From the IMG/VR virus record IMGVR_UViG_3300028840_003906: a stretch of 64,000 nt of DNA, one strand, 5' to 3'. The DNA comes from a virus. Both the position numbers and the translations under genes were made by a program. Below the pieces are notes generated by a model, which was not told the origin of the DNA, searched no databases, and saw only the letters and a program-made list of their open reading frames with translations. Below, piece after piece: positions 47,457 to 53,773 of this stretch; within the stretch, counting starts at the first letter, position 1, and the number at the start of each line of letters is the position of its first letter.

Positions 47457-47616
47457 CGCCGAGAACTGATGAGATACTTCAGCAAAGCCATACGAGGCCG
47501 AAGTTCCAGGTTCGATTCCTGGGTTCCCCACTCCTCGATATTCGAGGGTTCATTTGGGGAACTAGCCCAATGGTAGGGCGCGGAATGCAAAGCGTATCTA
47601 ATGAATTCTCTCGGCG
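47457..47616 (+). ncRNA. circularly permuted tRNA-like RNA (YrlA-type Y RNA candidate)
   Basis: T arm and GTTCCCCA precede GGGGAAC and D arm; terminal pairing. Confidence 0.55.
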
Positions 47617-47643
47617 TTTTTCTTCTTTTTGCTCATTGAAAAT

Positions 47644-48006
47644 GGGTCCGACACGGTTTCGACTTGCATGAACGAAGTGTGTAGTGCAGGCTCCGGATGG
47701 TCTATCCGGATCAAAAATTGACCGAACAAGTAATTGTCGAAAATTACGAACCAATGCAGGCGGCTGCTTAAACCACCCCTGCCGTCAGACTGGCCGAGCT
47801 TCTCATAGGCCCGATCCTGGCGTCATCAATGAGGATCGCCCTGCGCGGGCAACCCTAAGCGCACGGGTTAAAAAAATGGGTTGCGAAACCTCCGCTGCTC
47901 AGTCTGGTTGCAAACGGGTGGCGGTTGAAATTATGACCGGGCTAAGCCTGTGAATGATCTGCTCATGGAGCATGTGAGGACCCGAGTTCGACTCTCGGCG
48001 GATCCA
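47644..48006 (+). ncRNA. ssrA: tmRNA
   Basis: GGGTCCG/CGGATCC acceptor with G3:U70, GGTTTCGAC, CTAAGCCTGTGAA, T arm, tag ORF ending AAA-stop. Confidence 0.93.
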
Positions 48007-48129
48007 CTTTCGGCTTCGGAACAGTGCCGTAAACTGTTGCCCTGGTGGAGGTGCCGGGAGGCGCCCCGGGCCAAGTAAACTTGCTACAGTTGATCCATGC
48101 GGACGCTGGCAGATTGAAAGGCCCATTTT

Positions 48130-48168
48130 AGCGGGATAGAGAAATGGTAACTCACGGGTCTCAGCCTG
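48130..48168 (+). pseudogene. 5' fragment of tRNA-Met
   Basis: AGCGGGA, D arm, CGGGT-CTCA-GCCTG (4-nt loop), no T arm. Confidence 0.6.
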
Positions 48169-48815
48169 GGAGCGTTATGGATGGAAGATCAAAGGGTGGA
48201 GTTGAGAATGGAAAAAGGCTGAGGTCCCGTGCGGTTGCCAGGTATTACGAGGATCCCAATGTTTGTGAGAATTGTGGTTCTGTCATCAGGGTTGGAGATG
48301 GTGACAGGGTTTACGATGTGAGGAAGAAGCGTTTTTGCAACAGAAGTTGTGCCGCCTCGTTCAATAACCGGAAGCATCCAAAGAGATTAGCTCGGGAGAC
48401 TTGTGTGTGCGAGGATTGCGGTGATGTTGTTGTCCTGAAGCCGCAGCGTGGTGGAGGATACGTCCAGAGGCGGTTTTGTGACACGTGTGCGAAGGCTAGG
48501 AGGATAGGAGGGAAGCCTATTGGTCTACGCACAAAGGGGGAGGTTTTCTCTGGGTCAAAGAACTGGATATCGGCACGTTCCAGCATAAGGAAGGATGCTT
48601 GGCGAGTGTTTGAGGGTTCAGGGGCCGAGAGGGTGTGTGAGGTGTGCGGGTATAGTTTGCATGTGGATGTGTGTCACATCAAACCGGTTTCGGATTTTGG
48701 GGATTCGGCTCTCGTGAGCGAAGTCAATGATATCTTAAATCTCATTGCTTTGTGTCCCAACCATCACTGGGAATACGACAATGGGCATCTTGATTTGATG
48801 CGGGACAGACAGTAA
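48144..48815 (+). CDS. HNH homing endonuclease
   Basis: CEVCGY...HVDVCHIKP...NLIALCPNHHWEYD; start uncertain. Confidence 0.9.
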   Translation: MVTHGSQPGSVMDGRSKGGVENGKRLRSRAVARYYEDPNVCENCGSVIRVGDGDRVYDVRKKRFCNRSCAASFNNRKHPKRLARETCVCEDCGDVVVLKPQRGGGYVQRRFCDTCAKARRIGGKPIGLRTKGEVFSGSKNWISARSSIRKDAWRVFEGSGAERVCEVCGYSLHVDVCHIKPVSDFGDSALVSEVNDILNLIALCPNHHWEYDNGHLDLMRDRQ

Positions 48816-48874
48816 TGGTGCTGTGACGGTCTCATAAGCCGTAATCAGTGTCGGTTCGAATCCGGCTCCCGCTA
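48799..48874 (+). tRNA. tRNA(CAT) Met-type
   Basis: ACGGT-CTCATAA-GCCGT arm, T arm, 1:72 mismatch. Confidence 0.8.
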
Positions 48875-48902
48875 CTAAAGTGATAGACAGAGTGGTCCTG
48901 TT

Positions 48903-49118
48903 TTGATGGAAAGGATGGTGGGGACGATGCCAAATGGGGATTTCTTGAATCCGCGTTACCGCGATGGGAATGAGTACCTGACGAACAGGCAGCTCAAGAA
49001 GAAGTACGGATATGTCCCTCGCATCAACTCTGACGACTATGATTGCGAGAAGGACTATCTTGGTGAGCTTGAGGATGCGCGGGAGCATGGTTACGAGGAT
49101 GATGAGCGTTATCCGTAA
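48903..49118 (+). CDS. small hypothetical protein
   Basis: 71-aa ORF between RNA genes. Confidence 0.5.
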   Translation: MMERMVGTMPNGDFLNPRYRDGNEYLTNRQLKKKYGYVPRINSDDYDCEKDYLGELEDAREHGYEDDERYP

Positions 49119-49120
49119 GG

Positions 49121-49134
49121 CGAACTTAAGTTCG
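49121..49134. promoter_or_regulatory. LexA-type box copy 10 (perfect palindrome)
   Basis: CGAACTTAAGTTCG. Confidence 0.75.
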
Positions 49135-49138
49135 TTTT

Positions 49139-49284
49139 GAGCGAGTGGCGGAATGGATACGCCGGGATCGCAGACCAAGAGTGATGGGTCAACGGCTGTT
49201 GGAAGACTCTGACTCGTTATGGTAGGACCTGGTGACCAGGTTCGGATTCTCAGCAGCGTGCATGTTCGAGTCATGTCTCGCTCA
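49139..49284 (+). tRNA. tRNA-like gene (Leu-type D arm) with 77-nt anticodon loop
   Basis: GAGCGAG/CTCGCTC acceptor, D and T arms intact. Confidence 0.55.
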
Positions 49285-49321
49285 TTTTTGGATCTTTGAA
49301 AATCGAAGTTTTGTTGATCGT

Positions 49322-49437
49322 GTCCCAGTAGTGCCAATTGGTAGAACGCTGTACGTAAGAATCGGCCGCGCCGTGGGAAACCTAGTGGTCGTAAGCTGCA
49401 TACGCAGAGGTTGCAGGTTCGAGTCCTGCCTGGGGTA
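49322..49437 (+). tRNA. tRNA-like gene with 49-nt anticodon loop
   Basis: GTCCCAG/CTGGGGT acceptor, D and T arms; insert bounded by CGTAAG repeats. Confidence 0.55.
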
Positions 49438-49656
49438 CAAGGTGCGGAATGGTCTTTGTGGCGACGAAGTGCACCTTTATAAAAAGTCATGAGGAACACA
49501 AGGACATCCCGGAAAGACGGGGCGAAGCCTGATTAGCGTGACCATGCCGCGCCAGGCGGGGAAAGGTATGGGGGCCTTTACTGACTTCACCCAAAATGGA
49601 AACTGACCACCGGACGAGAGATCGTGCTTGGGTGGATCCAGGAGAGAGACCTGGGG

Positions 49657-49781
49657 ACCATAGAGGCGGAAATGGTATACGCTATCCGTCTTCCGGTTGG
49701 GCGGAGAGGGTGAGTGCTAGATGGAGCAACTTTAAATGGAAGTACCGACAGCCCGTGCAGGTTCGAGTCCTGCCTGTGGTT
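49657..49781 (+). tRNA. tRNA-like gene (Leu-type D arm) with expanded middle
   Basis: ACCATAG/CTGTGGT acceptor, GCAGG-TTCGAGT-CCTGC T arm. Confidence 0.45.
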
Positions 49782-49790
49782 CTGATTTTT

Positions 49791-50022
49791 ACGCGGGTAG
49801 CCAAATGGTAAAGGCGGCCGTGCAGGAAAACCCCGACGGGGGGATACGAAAACCTCGGACCAGTGGTCAGTTGAATTCGGCATGGTGTCACGAGCGCTTG
49901 CGAATGGGGGAGCAGGAAAAGCCGACGGGCGTAATACGAGGAGTCAGTGGGGCGCGCGTAGCTGATAACTCTGAGGCTCTCTTGATCGAATGTCGTTGGG
50001 GGTTCGAATCCCTCCCTGCGTG
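49791..50022 (+). tRNA. tRNA-like gene (Ser/Tyr-type D arm) with approx. 150-nt insert
   Basis: ACGCGGG/CCTGCGT acceptor, GCC/GGC D stem, T arm. Confidence 0.5.
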
Positions 50023-50036
50023 CTATTTGAAGGAGG

Positions 50037-50702
50037 ATGTTGATGAAGGTGAAGTGCAAGAGCTGCGGAGCGTTTGTTGATGTGAAGGGTGACGAGCTGA
50101 CTGACGGCGATCAGGTCAGTGCGGTTCTGGTAACTCTCGTTTTATTGGCTACGTTGGCGAATGGCTTCTGGGCTTTTGATACCTGGAGGGATAAAAAAGG
50201 ATATCGGTCTGAGATCGAGGCCGAGTACAAGGATGAGTGTTGGGTTGCCGAGATCCAGAAGGAAATCAAGGTTCCGAAGCCGACAAGCGAAGAGCGATGG
50301 TGCGAGGCCCATGGTCACTGTGGGCCTGCAAGAGAGACCCTGGCTTCCGAGTTGGGGGATTGCCGGGAAGAGATGAGGATCACTGTTCGTGACCACAATA
50401 GGGCTCTGACTGAGATTGAGCAATGCCGGTATTGGCGCAAGGAGAACGAAGAGCACTTCAAGTATCTCGAAAAAGAGATCGGGTTCTACAACGATCGGTG
50501 CATGGAGTTGTACTGCGCGGAGCAGATGCACGAATGTGAGTATCATCTTGACGGGCTTCATCAGTCTTGGATCGAGTGCGAGGATGGCAGGTACGATCGG
50601 GAGGTCTATCTTGGCTACCTGGCCGAAGAGTACCGACGTTCTCATGGGGAAGGGTGGTCGAAAGAGAAGGCCATGGAGTGGTATCGAGAGGAGGAATACT
50701 GA
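50037..50702 (+). CDS. membrane-anchored coiled-coil protein
   Basis: CxxC, TM segment, coiled coil. Confidence 0.7.
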   Translation: MLMKVKCKSCGAFVDVKGDELTDGDQVSAVLVTLVLLATLANGFWAFDTWRDKKGYRSEIEAEYKDECWVAEIQKEIKVPKPTSEERWCEAHGHCGPARETLASELGDCREEMRITVRDHNRALTEIEQCRYWRKENEEHFKYLEKEIGFYNDRCMELYCAEQMHECEYHLDGLHQSWIECEDGRYDREVYLGYLAEEYRRSHGEGWSKEKAMEWYREEEY

Positions 50703-51004
50703 TGCTATGGTTCAAGAACAGGTTGGAGCCAGATCCTTCTGAAACCAGGGTGGTTCCGAGGCCGGAGGTGGGCACGGTCTATGTGAATAGGGACAATGAG
50801 GACCTTTTCGCGCGTGTTGTTGAGATTTTCGGTGATCTGGTTATGTACAACGTCTTCTCGTCGGATCGGAGGTGGAAGTGTGGAAGACGCAAGGTGCGGG
50901 CTGTGTTCCATTTTGCCGAGAGGTATGATACGGAGCGACCATTGTACAATGGTGATGAAATTGTACTTTTCATCAGGAAAAAGGATCAGGAGTTTGTAGA
51001 TTAA
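50702..51004 (+). CDS. hypothetical protein
   Basis: coupled ORF. Confidence 0.55.
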   Translation: MLWFKNRLEPDPSETRVVPRPEVGTVYVNRDNEDLFARVVEIFGDLVMYNVFSSDRRWKCGRRKVRAVFHFAERYDTERPLYNGDEIVLFIRKKDQEFVD

Positions 51005-51101
51005 AGCGTCACCGTGGAGGGGCGCACCGAAACATGAACTCAAGGCCGTGTGAAGGTGTGTCGGCAGGATATCCTGCTGGGTTCGATTCCCAGACGCTTT
51101 T
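51003..51101 (+). tRNA. aberrant tRNA-like element
   Basis: AAAGCGT/ACGCTTT acceptor, CTGGG-TTCGATT-CCCAG T arm; D and anticodon arms non-canonical. Confidence 0.4.
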
Positions 51102-51103
51102 CA

Positions 51104-51222
51104 GGGCGAGTAGCTCAGAGGGAGAGCAGGGTGCGTAGGGCAGTGTTGGGTTCGACTCCCATTCAGGAAGGTCCCCGTAAGTCCGCAACGCCCGGTCCCA
51201 GGTTCGAGTCCTGGTTCGCTCA
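51104..51222 (+). tRNA. tRNA-like gene (Val-like body) with 55-nt anticodon loop
   Basis: GGGCGAG/TTCGCTC acceptor, GCTC/GAGC D stem, GGGTG/CGCCC stem, T arm. Confidence 0.6.
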
Positions 51223-51286
51223 CAGAGAGAGATGCACAGCGGACGTGATCCGCTGGGGGTTTTGGTGAACACGGCATCTCTCCTTT

Positions 51287-51358
51287 GCGCTTCTAGCTCA
51301 ATGGTAGAGCCCTCGATCGATAATCGAGAGGTTCCCGGTTCAACCCCGGGGGAGCGCA
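51287..51358 (+). tRNA. tRNA-Ile(GAT), C33
   Basis: CTCGA-TCGATAA-TCGAG arm. Confidence 0.85.
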
Positions 51359-51466
51359 CAAAGTAGGTTGACAAAACTTCGAAAAGAAGCATAATGACCG
51401 GGCATGGATCGCAGCAAGGGTGCTGCGCATGTCAGAGAAAATGGCAACGAAAAAGAGGTGAGAAAA

Positions 51467-51802
51467 ATGGTTGTTTCAGACAAGAATCCGAACACGCTGG
51501 TGAACAAGAGTCAGGAGAAGATGGAGGTGGCGATCATGGCCCCGGGGGCCAACCGAGACAACACCGATGTCGTGGTCGAAAACAGGGGTGAAGACGATCG
51601 GTTCCTTAGTGTCCGGGTCACCGAGGCCGATCTCCCGGAGGTGTTCCAGGACAAGATCGACGTGAGCATCGACCACGGGTTCCAGATTGATCCCAAGTTC
51701 GACGCGACGAAGGTCAAGGTTGGAATCAAGGATGGCATCATCTTCGTGAAGATTCCGGTGCGCGATGAGGTGTTCACGAAGGTCGAGATCGACGAGGAGT
51801 AG
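51467..51802 (+). CDS. small heat-shock (Hsp20) protein
   Basis: APGANRDNTDVVVE...KVGIKDGIIFVKIP. Confidence 0.75.
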   Translation: MVVSDKNPNTLVNKSQEKMEVAIMAPGANRDNTDVVVENRGEDDRFLSVRVTEADLPEVFQDKIDVSIDHGFQIDPKFDATKVKVGIKDGIIFVKIPVRDEVFTKVEIDEE

Positions 51803-51806
51803 GCCG

Positions 51807-52880
51807 ATGCCCGATCTGATCAGATACGGTATTGGTAGGGACTACCTGCCGGACTGGGGGATCCAAGAGGCTCTTCGTGAGGTTTACCAGAACTTCATGG
51901 ACTGGGGCGAGTACATCGAGGAGGCCCGTGTCATCACGGAGGATCATAAGATTTGTGGTATGGAGAGGGAGGCTGTCGAGAACTTCGGTGGGTCGGCCCA
52001 AGAAGTCAGGATGACGAACGACTTCAATCCGTCTGATCTCGGGTTTCTGAAGATAGGGTGCTCTGGGAAGCGTGATGACAGCCGGGCCGTCGGGAAGCAC
52101 GGTGAGGGGCTCAAGATGTCGGCGATGGTCATCGTCCGAGCTGGTGGCCACTTCCGTTTTGCGTTCGACAACAAGATGTTCATGGGTGTGTTCTACCAGG
52201 ATGACCTGATGGGAGAGTGCTTTGGGTTTGAGGTCACAGGGAATAGCCCTGTGGACGGCTTCACGCTTGAGTTCACGGTGCCGGTTGAGGAGTTTGAGAA
52301 GTACCGGGTCAAGAAGATCGATCCAGATGACGTGATCTTTGAGAACGCATTCGGCCAGATGATCAAGAGGGATCCCGGGACGGTGTACGTTGGCGGCCAC
52401 TTTGTGTGCGTGGAGGATGGGTTGAACCATGCGTACAATTTCAGTCCGGAGTTCGTGCAGCTGGATCGGGACCGGAGCGTTCCAAGGGCGTTCGATGTCG
52501 ACTATGCGGCTTCGAGGATCGTGGAGCGTTCGAACGAGATGTCCATCGAGGATCTGGTTGGTCGTGAGGGGACGTATGTGGAGCGTGTCCCAGAGAAGGT
52601 TGCCAAGGCGTTTGAACCGGAGCTTTCGGGTGGCGGGAAGGTGATCTTTCGGACGAAAGACGGTGGCATTCAGGCTCCGTTCAAGGTCGGCGAGAGCCTC
52701 ATGAAGAGGCCGGAGAACAAGAAGAAGGTCAAGAAGCTGCGGTACTCCATGAGCAAGAAGAGGACTCCCCATACGATGCTGAAGGAGTTCTTTGACCGAT
52801 ACCATGTTCATCTCCCTGAGATGGCGAAGATCGACGCTGACAACCTCGTCGCGAAGTCGAAGGGATGGAAGAAGAAATGA
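51807..52880 (+). CDS. GHKL-family ATPase
   Basis: EALREVYQNFMD (N box), IGCSGK, GKHGEGLK. Confidence 0.85.
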   Translation: MPDLIRYGIGRDYLPDWGIQEALREVYQNFMDWGEYIEEARVITEDHKICGMEREAVENFGGSAQEVRMTNDFNPSDLGFLKIGCSGKRDDSRAVGKHGEGLKMSAMVIVRAGGHFRFAFDNKMFMGVFYQDDLMGECFGFEVTGNSPVDGFTLEFTVPVEEFEKYRVKKIDPDDVIFENAFGQMIKRDPGTVYVGGHFVCVEDGLNHAYNFSPEFVQLDRDRSVPRAFDVDYAASRIVERSNEMSIEDLVGREGTYVERVPEKVAKAFEPELSGGGKVIFRTKDGGIQAPFKVGESLMKRPENKKKVKKLRYSMSKKRTPHTMLKEFFDRYHVHLPEMAKIDADNLVAKSKGWKKK

Positions 52881-53476
52881 TCACCATAGAGATTGACAGG
52901 TCGACGATTCGCCCTAATCCGAACGCTGGGAGGACGTTGCACAAGGTGCCAGGTCAGTCTTCGGGTGTTTTGTCCTTTCGTGGATCGTGTCCGGTTGCAA
53001 ATGGTCTTTCCATCCTGAACGACGTTATGAAAATATTGTCGGAGGCTGGCATTGAGATATTCAGGTTTAGCCGGTGCAGGGGAGATCTTTTCATTGATGG
53101 GGGGTTCTCACCGTATGATAAGGAATTGGATCGGATTAGGTCGGCCCACCATGATGTGAAGAAGATTGCTGGACTCATGGTGGAGGAGTTTGTTTGTGGG
53201 GTTCATACGGAGGTTCAGAGTTTTCGGAGCCTGACTCCGTCTCCGGCCTATCTTTATGAGTACCATGATCGCAACGTTGTGTGCAGAGAGTGCGGCTGCA
53301 GTTTTCCGCATGGCGATCTGGAGGCGGACTACGATGGGTACGGAGAAGATGATGAGGTTTGGTCAAATTCCATTTGCCCGGTGTGCGGAGAGTGGGACTG
53401 TTGCGATTTCGTGTTTGAGGAGCTGTCTTCTGAGATGATCGATGAGTTGGGCGTCGGTGCGGAAGAAAGTTGTTGA
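52877..53476 (+). CDS. hypothetical protein with zinc ribbon
   Basis: CREC...CPVC. Confidence 0.6.
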   Translation: MITIEIDRSTIRPNPNAGRTLHKVPGQSSGVLSFRGSCPVANGLSILNDVMKILSEAGIEIFRFSRCRGDLFIDGGFSPYDKELDRIRSAHHDVKKIAGLMVEEFVCGVHTEVQSFRSLTPSPAYLYEYHDRNVVCRECGCSFPHGDLEADYDGYGEDDEVWSNSICPVCGEWDCCDFVFEELSSEMIDELGVGAEESC

Positions 53477-53533
53477 CAAATTTCGAGGAGTGAGTAGTAT
53501 ACAGGACGTGGCTGAGAACTGGGGAGACATTCC

Positions 53534-53606
53534 AGGAAACTAGCTCATTTGGCAGAGCAAAAGGCACATAACCTTTGGGTAGATGGTTCGATTCCATCGT
53601 TTTCAA
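53534..53606 (+). tRNA. tRNA(CAT), A33
   Basis: AAAGG-CACATAA-CCTTT arm, D and T arms, 1:72 mismatch. Confidence 0.8.
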
Positions 53607-53773
53607 CGAAAAAATGTCTTTGAAACTCTCTCGGCCCTCTTTTCTGATTCACTTCTCTAAGAACTGAAAAAGTCGATACAGGTTTTGGATATAAACTAGC
53701 TCGACTTTCGGGTTTTCTTGGGGATTTTTTCCCTCACAGCTGATCACATCTGAGAGAGATGGGAGGTTGAACG

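Noticed and set aside
47466-47505. CTGATGA as a hammerhead ribozyme core
   Set aside because: No stem II and GAAG rather than GAAA; a similar hit near 57664 is inside recA with a 1-bp stem
49791-50022. Group I or group II intron
   Set aside because: No recognisable P7 core or complete domain V; only weak AGC-like motifs
51003-51101. tRNA-Sec call
   Set aside because: Lacks the 8-bp acceptor, G73 and a 7-nt CTTCAAA loop
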